NCBI GenBank assembly: GCA_003427395.1
Contig: BFEA01000005.1
Span: 3,385,912 to 3,449,911, forward strand
Source of the DNA: Chara braunii
Taxonomy: Eukaryota; Plantae; Charophyceae
Direction: 5' to 3'
Length of the DNA: 64,000 bases
Of this stretch, positions 43,717 to 62,660 are shown piece by piece (the stretch's first letter is position 1; each line of letters begins with the position of its first letter). The notes under the pieces are model-generated. The model was not told where the DNA came from. It saw nothing but the letters and a program-made list of their open reading frames with translations, and made no database searches. The position numbers were made by a program, and so were the translations under genes.

Positions 43717-46700
43717 NNNNNNNNNNNNNNNNNNNNNNNNNNNNNNNNNNNNNNNNNNNNNNNNNNNNNNNNNNNNNNNNNNNNNNNNNNNNNNNNNNNN
43801 NNNNNNNNNNNNNNNNNNNNNNNNNNNNCCTCGCGGCTCGCGCCATGCTACTTCCATCGATAGGATGAGCAACATCCAATGAATCTTCAGCTAGAACATG
43901 GAAATATTCACTACCTGGTTGAACATGGCCGACAAAACCTTCTCGAGCCCGTTCATAAAGTTGCACCGACACTAACCCCCCCCGACGCGGTGCAAAAAAA
44001 ACGGTAGCAAAAAAAGACCAGACCCCGCCTCGTCGTCGGTCCCCCGCCCCTTCGCCCGATGTTACATCCACGACTCCACTGTTTTCAACCGGCGGGTCTC
44101 CCCAACTGTCGCCGCTGTTTTCAACCGGCGCACCCTCCTCGGTCCCCTGCGGCACCACGTGCGGACCCCCCAGCCCGATTTTCGCTGGGCCCGCCGGGAG
44201 CGTCACGCACCGACCGCTCCTTCCTTTAAGGTATAAGAGATTACCGATTAAAGTTTTATTTTATAGCAGGTCAATTGTAAACTGTTAATTACTAAAAATA
44301 AAGTTGAGCACCTCCTTTAGAACACAGGGAGCGTGCCCTATAAAAATAGATGTTGTCGCGTCGTTCATGGTTAGCTTATAAATGCACGTTAGAAACATCA
44401 GTGTTAGTGCAGGCCGCCTGAGGCAGAAGGGTGAAGTGCTAATATGTTCAGGTGGGGCAGTGTATACGCGCATTAGGTACTAGGCTCTAGCTACTCGAAA
44501 GAAAGACGCACGACTATGGCTTGTCGGAATGGCATGTATGGCCCCAGGCCTGATTGTTGGAGACTCATAACACGCTGGTCCCCGATGTCAGGGGAGCGCC
44601 CCTAGATTACAACTATTTTGAATTACGACGGGGGAGAGGAGGCCAAGTTGAAAATTAACGTGGAGGGAGCGAGAGAAGAGGAAATGAGAAGGGACTCAAA
44701 ACTACAGGCGGCAGTTACAGAAGCCAAGAACTGGGCAAAGAGATAGTGCAAAAGAGACGGCGTAACAACGAAGATCCAAGTAGCTATTGCGTACCATGAG
44801 GTGAAGACCTCCGCTGGGACCACTGAGCTGGAACAGAGGCACCTGGATTGTGATTCGGAGGCCGAGAGTGAGGCCAGCGACCTGGATGCGGAGACCCAGT
44901 CCTTGCACGGACTGGACCAATGGCGGCAGGAGCACCCGCCTGCTGAACTAGTGGAGGATGTGGCCGAGGCCAGTTCGCAACGACGACGAGATTGAGGTCG
45001 TGGTGTGGTAGCAGGTACGCGTTGTCGGACCAAATAACCTTGGCCATGCTTTTGCATTCGACACAATGACGACATCAGCTACCAAGACAGAGCCGGTCTG
45101 GAGTGAAAAGGGTGGGCACGCTTTAGCGTGACACTTGTAACGATTTCCTTAACCATTGAGGCCGAGGCGAATCGTTGAGAGAAAATTTTGAGAATCTGTG
45201 CTCGCGTTATTGTGGCGCACACTGTGATGGTTAAGATTAGTAGAAATACCCTCTGACCGAAAAGGTCAATACTGTGTCGGGTAGATCTATGACACACACA
45301 CTGAGACTTGGCCTAATACCTGTCTATCTGCCGGTATTGGGCCTTTAAAAATGCTAACTGTTGTTTTCTTCTGCTCGGCCTGAATACCCGACGCATCTAC
45401 CTCTACTTGGTGTGGTACCGGCCTACCTGCTACTTGAGTGTTTACCCCGCGGCAACCCTCAATGTCATGGCTACAGGTAATTAACGGCCTTCGGGCCTTC
45501 CGATCGATTGAGTACCCAGGCGGGTCACACATACACTCAAACTGACAAGCACTCCGACATGTATGTAGTCCGGCGAGCATGCGCACCCACAGACTTAGAA
45601 ACAGGCTCAGGCCACTAGGCGGGTTGAGCCCCACTTCTATACATATATAAGAGTTGCTCTTCTTGTACTTGAAGTATGAGCTAGCTCAGTAGGTTTTGAG
45701 GCAGACTGTCAAGTTGGAGGTGTAGGGATCGAATTTGCCCCAACCTCGAGTCAGCTCCTTTTTACGAGGAGCTTTACTTTCGTTTGCACCCGCAAACGAA
45801 CTGTCGGGACTCGAACCCACGACCTCATATTCAGAATTAGTTGTAGTTTGCCCCGTTGAAATGGGGCTTGACACTTGGCAAGTTTAGGTAGTTAGGAGTT
45901 AGATTCTGTTAGAATTTTTTTTTTCTTTTTTCTTTTTCTTTTTAGATTTCCTAGTTTTTTTTCCTTTTATTTATTGATTGAGTTTTTTTTCTCTTCTTTA
46001 ACAAGTACAAATCTCTTTAAACTTACCTTCGTGTATTTGCCCTGAGTTACGCGCAAGTTCATTCTCGGGGGGGGGGGTCTTCGACATCTCGGTACGACTG
46101 CAGATCTTTGAACGAGGTCGACCGGACCCTATCAGGCATACGAGCAGGACGTGGTGCGGGCGAGCGAGCGAAAACGAGGACGATGCACGATGCAGCGAGG
46201 TAAACCGCGCGGCTGGAAAAAAAAAAAAAAAAAAAAAAAAAAANAAAAAAAAAAAAAAAAAAGATGACTGCGAAAAACAAGGGGCGACGGCGACGTGTGG
46301 AAGCGACTATAGCGGTAGTAGTGTGTAATAGTTGTAGAAGAAGAAGAGGAAGAAGGGGGAGAAGAAGAAGAGGAAGAAGTAGAGGAAGAGGAGGAAAAAG
46401 GATGAGGAGATGAGAAGAGGAGGAGGAAGGTGACGCGCGAGCACGGAAAGAAGAGCAGCGGAAAGGTCGCGGGGGGGTAGGAAGGAGGAGTCACGTGAGG
46501 AGTAAAGAAGATGTTCATGCGAAGGAAAGGAGATGGCTGCACGGAAGAAGGAAGCGCAACGGGAAGCGGGAGGAGTTCAGGGAAAAGCAAGAAGTAGGAG
46601 TGGCGCAGGGGAATAGTGGAGATGGCCGCGTAGGAAAAGGTGGAACGCGCGTGAGAGAAGAAGAATAATAAGAATGGGAAGAAGGAGAGGGAGAAGAGGA

Positions 46701-46989
46701 GGAGGAAGAAGAAAAAGAAGAAGAAGTGGAGGGGCGGAGGAAACTTACCTGTCGGGCGGGCGCGGCTTTGCTATGGTGTTGTTCTCGTGTCCGCACTTAC
46801 GGCAGCGGTTCCACTACGAAGAAGCGCCTCGGCCTAGCATCCGCCACTTACCGTAAGCAATGGGTCTCGGCATGCCACACTTCGTGACGAATCGTGTTGA
46901 AGAGTGGAAATCATCTACTTTTCGACTGGTAACAACGACAACGACGAGACACAGATATAAGGTAAGTCTCCGAATTGCGGCTGGTCTCC

Positions 46990-48016
<1,027 letters not shown>

Positions 48017-48989
48017 GACTTTGGGACTTTACGGCAATTGGATTTAGACTCGACAGTGGGATTGAGACATTGGACGAAGGGTCATTTGGGACCTGTACCG
48101 AAGACTTGGTGTAGATGACGTTTCCCGTCTTCTTACCCCTCTTCTTCGTCTGATCCCCCTCCTCTTCGTCTGTGTATGTTTGGGGACTAGTGCGTTCTTT
48201 CTGTGTGGGCGCCAGGTCCTTTCACACCATGTGATGATAAATAATGTACGTTTGGTTTGCATTGCGACATTGATTGGGTGATCATAGGTATATTAGCCTT
48301 TCACTGCGCTGTCCTGTAGTATGTGAGAGAGATCGGTTCTTGTTCTGGTCTGTGCCATTACGGTATGCGACAGGAGGAGGTGCGCAGAGGGAGGAAGGCG
48401 ATCTCGGGGAAAAGAAGTGCGCAAGAAGAAGATGAAAGAAGAAGAAGAAGAAGAAGGAGAAGGCAGCCATAGCAGAGTTGCGCTGCTGTGTGCTGGATGG
48501 GGTGCATGGTGATCCGTTACACAAGCTACTGTAGCAGCTATGACCTGGACCCTTCCAGATGTCTACAACTATGACCTATGACAGACAGCTAAAGAATCCT
48601 ACGACGGGTTCAAACATTTGGGAATATTGTACACAGGTAGGTTGAGGTCTAGGGATCGAGCCCTGGGGTCTGCATCATCTACTGCAAAGGTGGAATCCGT
48701 TTTAATTATTTTTGCATTCAGACTCGCTTCTTTCTCACATCTCGTACATGCAAACAAGCGGGCACATCACCCTGACGGCAGGAGCCACTCAAAACTCAGA
48801 GGTATGGCTATTGAGAACACAATTAGAATGCAGACTTACTTCAGATGGTTACAGCCGCTGCACTACAGTTACAACTATGATGGCTATGGCCGCAGTCACC
48901 ACCCCACAGTCCCATACGGTACTTGCTTGACTGGACCTGGACTGACTGGGACTGTCCACTGACTGCATGGTGATGTACTGCTGACACGG

Positions 48990-49680
48990 TACAATCGTAC
49001 TGCAGAAAACATACAGTGCACTGTGACATACACAGACACTGTGACAGTCACACAAGCATAAAAATACACCAAAACAGACTGTGACATGTACAGTGACGCA
49101 TACACAGTAGACACACATACACAGTCTCTATCACACAAACACACAGACTTAGTGTCACATACACTATGCCACAGATACACAGGGTCACACAAACACACAG
49201 ACTTAGTGCCACATACACTGTGACATAGATACACAGGGTCACACTCACACAAACTTAGTGTCACATACACTGTGACATAGATACACAGGGTCACACGCAC
49301 AGACTCAGTGTCACATACACAATGACGCAGATATGCAGTCACACAGATACTGTGACAAAGTGCACTGTCATGGTGATACAGAGACACAGTGCACGGTGAC
49401 ACAGATACACGGTGCACTGTGACAAATACACATACACATGGTAACACTCACACAGATACACGGCGACACAGATACACAGCGATGCAAAGTGACACACTCA
49501 GATACACAGTCACACCGTGACGCACAGTCACACTATGTCAAACACACACGTGGTCGCGCGGTGACACATATGCGAGTGACACACAGTGACGAACACACAA
49601 ACATAGTGAAACACTGTGACACACACAACAGACTGTGAAATACACGGTGACACAGACTGACAATACACAGTGACACTCAG
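48990..49680. repeat. CA-rich minisatellite (~52-54-bp units) built on GTCAC...GTGAC palindromes
   Basis: AGTGTCACATACACTGTGACATAGATACACAGGGTCACAC repeated, most regular at 49140-49330. Confidence 0.8.
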
Positions 49681-49719
49681 ACACAGGGGATTCTTCTAAG
49701 GGAATGAACAACAAGGACG

Positions 49720-50550
49720 GTGATACGAGTAACGAGGCTCCAAGAAGTCTGCCTTATTACCAACCGGTCGTGCGTCAGTGTAAGAACAAGTGATAAGAGT
49801 GAGCGAGGCTCCGAGAAGTCTGCCTTATCACCATAATAATAAGAACTATGTGATAAGAGTGAGTGAGGCTCCGAGAAGCCTGCCTTACCACCATAATNAT
49901 AAGAACTAGGTGATAAGAGTGAGCGAGGCTCCGAGAAGCCTGCCTTATCACCATAACGATGAGAACTAGGTGATAAGAGTGAGCGAGGCTCCGAGAAGTC
50001 TGCCTTATCACCATAATAATAAGAACTAGGTGATAAGAGTGAGTGAGGCTCTGAGANAGAACTAGGTGATAAGAGTGAGCGAGGCTCCGAGAAGTCTGCC
50101 TTATCACCATAATAATAAGAACTAGGTGATAAGAGTGAGTGAGGCTCTGAGAAGTCTGCCTTATCAGCATAATGATGAGAACTAGGTGATAAGAGTAAGC
50201 AAGGGATGAGAAGCATGCCTTATCACCATAATGATAAGAACTAGGTGATAAGAGTGAGCGAGGCTCCGAGAAGNGAACTAGGTGATAAGAGTAAGCAAGG
50301 GATGAGAAGCATGCCTTATCACCATAATGATAAGAACTAGGTGATAAGAGTGAGCGAGGCTCCGAGAAGCCTGCCTTATCACCATAATGATAAGAGTGAG
50401 CGAGGCTCCGAGAAGCCTGTCTTATCACCACAACGATATGATAATGAGGTAAGAGGAGCGAGGCTCCGAGAAACCTGCATTATCACTGGAATGACAAGGA
50501 ACAGTGGTGGTAAGAGGAGCGATGCTCCGAGAAGTCTGCCTTATTACCTC
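49720..50550. repeat. 60-bp hairpin-forming minisatellite (~13 full and partial units)
   Basis: Unit GTGATAAGAGTGAGCGAGGCTCCGAGAAG(T/C)CTGCCTTATCACCATAATAATAAGAACTAG. Outer stem GGTGATAAG/CTTATCACC, inner stem AGGCT/AGCCT. Confidence 0.92.
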
Positions 50551-52942
50551 CTGACCTTGATCTAATGAAGGACAGTGAATAAGAAGAGCAAGGCCCTCGA
50601 GGGCTGCCCTATCTCAAACAGACGCCAGTGAAGATGAGTAGACCCCGAGTGGTCTACCATACTGTTACTAATCTTCTCGAATAGACAGGGAACGGTGAAA
50701 GCCCTGAAAAAAAATTGATCCATAATTAACAGACCACTTCCTGATTTTGCTGAGGTGGAGGTAGAAGGAATGTGACCTCGAGTGACATGTCTTGCAACCT
50801 TAACCTATTGATTGATGCCAATCTTATGATTCTACTCCATATGAGACGGATGATATTTTGTCTATATATGTCTGAAGGAAAAAGTTTTGGCGATGTTAGC
50901 TCTATACTTCTCTTTCTTCAGACGACTATCCCTAGAAGTTGATCTGATAAGAGGTTAAAGAGGCTGCCTATAGGGAGTTATATCGATGTACTATTATTCC
51001 GACTAGAATGAAGTTCACTATATTGAACTTCGGATAGAATCATGTCGATAGCAAAGAGGTGTTGAGACTTTGTTGACCTGTGTGTGATTGCAGGTCACCT
51101 TAACTATCAAGAGGACTCATTATGAGTCTAATACAAGACTACATGTTGTTGCCTTATGGTAACAGGTTGGTTCGCCAACTCAACCCTCACGCACCCTCTA
51201 CACCCACACTTTGCATCGACCTTTGCACTGAAAGGCATTTCTGATTTCGGGTCATTGCCTAAAGGGTCTGCTTGGTAAAAAATGGTCCTTGAAATGGCTA
51301 AGTCAGATTTGGATGAATGACTAAAACTAAAAGGGTATGTCTTACTGAAAGGTTGAAAGTATAAGTGTAATGTGGGTGAAAATGAATAAAAGGTTGACTC
51401 TGTTAGAATTGTGTAATGCATTTGGTTTTGTTTGCAGGTCAGTAAAACGACCAGCCACATTATTCACTACAATCCATTGAGAAGTTTACTCTATCCTGGG
51501 CCTTGATCCAGATGTTTCATCAGTGCGCGATTGGTTTGAGTACGCAGCTTTGCGCCTTTTCCCTGATTGTTAGGAAGATTAGGATTATTGCTTAGGCGAC
51601 AAGCCTTATTCATTTCATGATCATTTCATCTGTACATGTTTAAAAAGTCAATGACCTATGTTTTTCCTTGATGAATTCAGAATGTTTATGTGAATGTGTT
51701 ATGTGTATGTGTCTCCTCACCTAATTACTCAACCTTATCTTACTTCACATGTATGTATGCTATGGTTAAAGGGTTTTCATAGAGAGATATGTCGAATGGA
51801 CTTAATCATTAGGTAGGATGGGTGTCTTATGCGGAACCCCTGATAATCTAAGTACTGAGAGGGATCCTGCTTTGAAAATGAGATAGATCGTGAGTCATAC
51901 CTATAGAAACTATTTATAAGCAAAGCGTAGTATGTGCGAACGTTCGTCAGTCGAGTCGACCTGATTTGTAAATCGGTCCGGGAGATCAGCACCCCGATGC
52001 CTGACGCGTATACAGGTCAGTCTTAGGCGTTCAAACGCGCGTATGCCTATGCTACGGTGATCGAGAAAACGCCCTCAACTGGCTTACCTCTGCGATTGCA
52101 AGTAAAAGCCTTCGCACGTGAGTTAGTAGCTCAGCAGGAATCCGCCCACCTAAGGGATGGTGACAACTCCCGCAGGTGGAGGTGAGTTGTACCTCGTGGG
52201 ATCTTTGTCCTGTCGCACGGAGCCGCGAGAGGTATAGCTGGCGCGCACGGTCGGAGTTGGTCTTAGCTGAAACACTTTTAAACTCCTGCGTGATGCGACC
52301 GTGAGGTCCGACACAAAAAGTACTTTATGTTTGGGTGTGGGACCGCCGCGTCCGACAACACGACAGACACGATCAGAAGAAGAGAGGAAAGGGGGGGCGG
52401 CGAGACGAGAGGGGTACGAAGTAAAGTCAGATGAAACACAGAATGAGAACTCACGCTTCTCCAATTGTTGACATGATTCTCTAGTGAGCCGCGTTCTTCT
52501 GGAGATAAAGTTTTCAACTTCACGATAAGACCAGTCAGTACAGGCCAGGAAAAGGGAGTCTCAATCATGCTCTAGAAAGATGATTGAGGACTCTTGAAGT
52601 TTTCAACGGAGGCTAGGCAATTAGGCCGGACCAATTTCATATCGTCGGTTTGATCCTGGTCCGGTACCGCCGGTTTTTCCACTACTTGGACTTAGGCCAA
52701 TATATCACTTCACCCTACTCCCAGGCCGGGGGTTGGTGGTTCAATCCTTTGATTCATTCATTCAGTTTGACCATCCCATATTCAGTTGTTGCCTCCGTAT
52801 GTAATTATGTCTCTCTATCTATCTCTCAGGTCCATCTCCGCACCTGCATCGAGCACGTGCGTTACAACAACCCTCATTATCCTCCATATAGATCTCTTAA
52901 CTAATACTTGAGTCAAACTTTATAAATATATCATACTATCAT

Positions 52943-53654
52943 TAGGGTTACCAGCGTTCCATTTAGGCCCCACCCCAAACCCGAACAGCTGAACGTTCAA
53001 CCCCCCTTGGAGACGTGTTCGGTCGAACGCTACCATCAGCCCCCCCAAAAAATAATAATAATAATAATAATAATAAACAACCACAAAAACTATGTTATGA
53101 AAAAAAATAAACTGAACAACTTTATTCTTAGGGTCACATCGAAATTATTTATCAAATTAAAAAAAAAATATATATATATATATATATATTATTTTCTAGG
53201 CTACCAGAGTGGTCCGGGGTCACTTGCCCGGCCGGGCCAAAATAATTAAAAAATAATAATAATAATAAAATATTTTTAAATTTTATTTTTTATTTTAAAT
53301 TTGGTGAAGAATTGCGATGTGAACCTGAGGAAAAAGTTGTTCAGTTTATGTTTCTGCATAACATAGTTTTTTTTTCAGAAGTTTTGGATTTTTTTTTTTT
53401 TTTTTTTTTTGGGGGGCGGGACCTTACTTGATCCTTGCACGGGCTTGCATAACTTATTTTATTTTATTTTTAATTATTGTGGGTCTAGCCGAGCAAAAGG
53501 TCCCGGACCACTCTTGTAGCCTACTTTTTTTTTTTTCTTTGGATGACCAGCTACTTAACTGATTGACTAATTGATTGATTATTGATTGATTATTGGATAG
53601 GGAAAAAAAATATATAAGCATATTAGTGTGTGTGTGAGATTCTCTCTCTCTCTA

Positions 53655-53699
<45 letters not shown>

Positions 53700-53748
53700 G
53701 TCTATCTATCTATCTATTTATCTATTTATTTATATCTATTTATCTATA

Positions 53749-53783
<35 letters not shown>

Positions 53784-53922
53784 TTATCTATCTATCTATC
53801 TCTCTTTCTCTCTCTCACACGAGGTTTGAACTTTGGAAAGTTCGGGTCTCTCATGCTCGGGCGGATACCCGGACATTTGGGGGGAGGTGGACCCCCCCAA
53901 AACGTTCGGTTGGGTAACCCTG
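52943..53922. mobile_element. Non-autonomous hAT-like element containing (TCTA)n
   Basis: TIR TAGGGTTACC / GGTAACCCTG. 8-bp flanks ACTATCAT and CTTATCAT (6/8). Internal inverted motif TAGGCTACCAGAGTGGTCCGGG. Confidence 0.65.
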
Positions 53923-55402
53923 CTTATCATTTAATGGTCGAATATAAGTTTATGATATCTTGTATATTCATGATTAACCAGTTATCAATCATTATTACGT
54001 CCTTCATCTTTTATATATGCCAAGATCATCATAGGCTGAGTTTCTATGGATCGAGGAAATTAATTTTTGGTTTGTTTCTTATAATATTGATTTAATAAAT
54101 CTACCAATCTTTCTTGAATTTATATCAAAATCTAGGCTATCAGTCGGACCGTTCAAATCATCTTGTTCTCCAAGGCAACCCGGACGCGCAAGGACTGGGG
54201 AGTCGAAAGGTCTAAAAAAACATAAATCGAAAAATAAATATATTTTGCAGAAAAAATAAAGTGAAAAACTTCTCTTTCGGGGTTACATTGAAATTCTTCA
54301 AGTTTTTTTTTTTTTTACTTGGTCCGGCCGGGTAACTGGTCCTAGGCTACTAAGGGTCTCAAAATATTGTTTAGAATCTTTTGTATGTCATGATGTTAGT
54401 CACGGAGAGTACTAAGTTCAGTATAAGGTTTTCAAGCTCTATTATTATTATGTCACAAATGCGTGATTTGTCACACCCTAATTTATAATCATGTCCCCAA
54501 CCTTACATTGTTTGCTGAAAATTTGTCAATCTTTAATTGCAAAATAATAGTTTTTTAATAATATTGCATTCGGGGATGTTTGTTTTTACCTTTGTATTGT
54601 AAAAAATTTAACTATGATCCAAATTATTTATTAATATTTTTAGGGTACTATATTTTGTTTGTTGATGTATTTTATTGACGCATGAGAAATGTTGTACAAG
54701 ATGTTAGTGTGACAAGAATTCAATAATCTACTTGTTTTGAAGTGCATTTAAATTAATTTATAGTTCTTTATCCAAAAAATTAAACTTCGCTTATTTTTTA
54801 CTTATTTTGATGAAGATTCTTTTTATAGTATGATCCGCAGTTTACAAATAAAATATCACATCACTTTATAATTTCATTCTTATACGATAATCCAAACTCC
54901 AAACTTAAATTACATACCAAAACATTGATAAAATTGGGTTATTGAATATGAAGAATTCATCAAAAAACGAGGTGTAAACATTCATCTATGCATTCGGTTT
55001 TACCTAAATTTTGGCAAAAAATAGATATGTCATTTAATAGAAATGACCTAAATCATTAACTTGTAACTTAAGGAACCAAAGTGACTTCTTCCAATTTGGC
55101 CAAGTTATTATCTCTGGTATGGATTGAGGGAGTAAACAATGTTCAAGTTGTCAACCACAAACTAGCTGTTTAACTTCAAATATTTATCGTTTCTTTGTCT
55201 GAATGAGGACTATTGAATCCTTTGAAAAAATAAATTCTAATAGGAATGAATAGTAAACACCCTTGTTGATCTTAGGGGTTTAATAACTTTTATATTGATG
55301 AATTATTTTTTAAGAAGAAATTTCCTTCACAATAAATAAGAAAATATGTATAGTTAAATGATCTCCTATCTAATCGAACGTGGCATATTATATACATTTA
55401 AC

Positions 55403-59153
<3,751 letters not shown>

Positions 59154-59987
59154 ACAAAAAAACATTCATTTATACTTTGTTAATGTGCATTATCGTATAA
59201 CACCCTAATCTATTTGTGAAAATTATGACTTGAGATCATATTTTTTATACTTTGTACTGAGTTTCGATTGACCTGATTACAAATATTTGTTATGTTGAAA
59301 AATAAATTAGTTGCAGTTATCTTCGTACTAACAAGATTTATTATATTATATAAAATATAACATTCTGGAAATGAGACATGTTTGGTTTGATATAAAAACA
59401 AAGTTTAGTTGTTTTTTTTAACAGTGGAGAAACAAACTCATAGTTACGATGATAGTTCATGCCTATGCCACGACCATTAATATTTAAGACATCAACAATT
59501 AGATAAGTTTATTATCCAACGCAAGGATAACATTATATTCTTAAAATAGTATCAAAAAATATATATATATATACTTGAAATACCATCGCAAACCTATCAT
59601 ACGTGCCTAAAAAATTTTCCACTCTTTGGCTAATGTAACAATGTCTCTGTATTTCAACAACAAAGGTTTCAAAATTTTTGTCAGGACCAAGACCGTTTAT
59701 AAAATCACAATTGAATGAGAGTGGGAACATATTAAAATACGAAAAATATATGAGGTCGTCGAATGCGTCAACAACCACATGAGTTCATCCATCATACAAC
59801 AAGGGTTTTTTTTTTTTTAAACTAGGGCACAGTCATGATTTCAATTTGAAATCATGTTTACGCATAACTCAAATACAACACATCCCGACCCGACCGGAGA
59901 TGTAGGTTGTATACATTCATAATTTTACTTGGTTTGACACAACATTTGCGAAATCACAACTGAAACACATTTTCAGATTGAAACCGT

Positions 59988-62660
59988 TGTCGGGCGGCCA
60001 CAAGTAGTCGGCCACCCGAAATAAAGAGAGTTCAGTCTTTGACCGAACGCCTAGACAGGATTCTTTCGGTAGCCTTGTCAGGGGTGTCAGGAAAAATTAG
60101 GGGTCCCTAAACAGACTTTGAATTCCCCTTCATCAACCGCCGATACTAACCCTTAAAATTGAATGGGACATCGGCCTCTACCACTCACGACAATTACCTT
60201 TTTCGTCTGTTCTGAGGCTGTCTTCGAATCAGCTAACCATGGAATGGGCTTATGCTGGTAAGCCTTCGTGTGGCTTTCTTACGCTGACCAGATGATGAGA
60301 AAGTGAGGCCTTATAATTTAATTAAATGTAATGATTAAATAAAAAATGGGTAATAAAATTAAAAGAGTTAAAAAGGAAAGGGAACAAGCGTTTATTTTAT
60401 TATTAAACAGATTTTACCTAAATTTGTTCCCAAAGATTTTAACAAGAATTACCTATTTATCTCAATTCGCCGATTTAAATGGATGTTCCCTATTTATTAT
60501 CCCTCACCGAATTTTACCGGATTTTTCCTAATTATCACCCTTGTTATAACCAGGGTATTATTGAGTGTGCGGCACCCGTGTCTTGCTGGAGTCTCATGCA
60601 CGCGGAGTGTCGCGAGAGAACTCGGGAGGACACTTGATCATCGAGTCGCTTTTCGGATCAATGGAACTGGATTCAGGTTACGGTGGCCGCATCAGGATGG
60701 AACGGTCACTCGGACAACGAAGGTACATGCCACTACAGTTCAATGATGAGATGATTGGAACGGTCACTGGAGTGGCGGCGTACGGAAACTGGATCAGATT
60801 GATACGGTCACTAGTTCGGATCGGCACGGTTACTCGCCCGACACTGTTATGTTCACATGGGCACTTGTTCGGTACAGACTCTGTACAACTCAGCTAATGG
60901 GGGCCCCTATTGGGCTTTACTGGGCTCGATGGTCCGAGCATCGGTACCACTGTATCTACACGGTACAGTGGATTTTCTGGACTAAACTTGATATTGCTAA
61001 TGTCAATAATGTCCGTGCTCCCTGAGGGTCCGCGACCTCCAGTTCTATCGGGATATAGAGCTGATCAGGGAAAAAGTGAGGGGCATTCGGGGACTGAGGG
61101 ACCAAAGGGAATGGAGCGTTGTTGAGCACATCGGTCCGGCACTGTATGAAACGGGGCGGGACCTTCCCGACCTCGTCACGTAGGAGTTGGTCTGTTTCTC
61201 ATCGCGATATATACATGGAGCTTCCGCAAGCCGCTCCGGCCGAGTGTGTCAGCCATACCTCTCGCGTGCCCCTACGACAGGATGGGTACTACACGAGGCA
61301 TGACTTACCTCCACCTTACGGGGGCTGTCACCTCCCTTCGGTGAGCGTATTCCCTCCAAGCTAGCAGTCCACAGCACGAAAGCTAATCAGTTGCAATCGC
61401 AGAGGTGAATCAGCCGAGGGCGTTTCTCGTTCGCTGTAGCATAGGGGGTACACGCGTTTTTTACGTCTCTATCGGACCCGCACGCGAACCAACGTCTTGG
61501 GGGGCTGAAGTCCCAAGCGCGACTCGTCGTCGGTCGACTAGGACGCATCCCACGCACCACGCGTACACCACTCTAAGAACACAAAAATTAAAACACGCAC
61601 GCACACGCACATATACAAAACGACATAGAACAAACAACACGACAACACTCCTAGTCCCTTAGAGGTTATCCCATAACTTTCTGATGTGAAAATCGGATAG
61701 GCGTCGCACGCGAGACTTAGTATAAAGTCACGCGGACGCAGGGTATTCTCATATCGACTAGCAATGCATGCATACGCAGCATTCATAATGATGGCATACT
61801 ATGTAGTACCCATACTCATGCGATCCTCACTAATCTCGAGGGTCGCATTCGAAACTCAAGTGTCGACTGACATGCGCCTTGAGGGGTTAATCTCTCGATG
61901 CTAGACAACCACCAAGTGCGGTTGAGAACCACACCCTCTTCTGCACCCTGCGGAGAGTGGGTGGTACACAGGTTTGTACCTGTGGTGGCAATCGTCTCTT
62001 ATCGCCCTGGAAACCAGCTCCATCATCCAGGGCCTGAAGAGAAATCAAGGGGTTTGACTTTGACGGTTGCCACGAATTACAACGTCCATCTATAAAAATT
62101 AACAAGCAAAAACAATCAAAAATAAATAATCAATGATCTCGATACACATATATAAAATCAGAACTCGAGATAAAAATAAAGAAAAGGAAACATAACTCAT
62201 CAGGTATACAGATTGTGCGACACATGGTTGTTATTCTCACTGCCTCCAGAGTAAGACTCGCACACAGGCTTCGAAACACTAACCTCTCAGTTCCCTGCCT
62301 CCAGAACTCCTCCAGAGTTCCGGCAGAGCTCCCGCAATCGGTGGGCAGACTCCCCACAAAGTCTTGTTGCGGTCCTAAGGGTTGCAATCCCGCCTGCCGC
62401 CTTCCTCTCAAAACAGGATTAGACTGAGAGTTAGAAGGGCGGAAGGAGGGGTTTGAGACTCTCGAGATACAGGAGAGGGACAAACTCAACTCTCAGGAGA
62501 GGGCCTTGCAATCTTCTATAGCCTGAGGGTCTCGCAATGATGGCCAAAACGCAATAAACTGGTCAAACCACGGCCAGACGCAGGACAGATAACGCTCTAA
62601 TGAATCTTCAACTTGCGGCGGCTACCTCCTCGCAGAACCTGGTCATCCCCTAATGTCACA
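59988..62660. repeat. ~2.7-kb LTR-like unit related to both the E1 terminal repeat and the Z units
   Basis: Starts TGTCGGGCGGCC with candidate end TGTCACA. First 866 bp is an inverted copy of 28824-29734; later blocks match Z1. Confidence 0.6.

Noticed and set aside
44620-45050. Acidic coiled-coil-like plus-strand reading frame
   Set aside because: Contains stops and has no recognisable domain; probably a TE ORF remnant.
49677-50431. Minus-strand repetitive ORFs (SPSSYYYGDKADFSEPRSLL)n resembling a Tyr-rich wall protein
   Set aside because: Open frames follow from the 60-bp unit length. There is no signal peptide or unique domain, and Ns interrupt the frames.
49720-50550. CRISPR array
   Set aside because: Units are contiguous with no unique spacers, there are no cas genes, and the context is eukaryotic.
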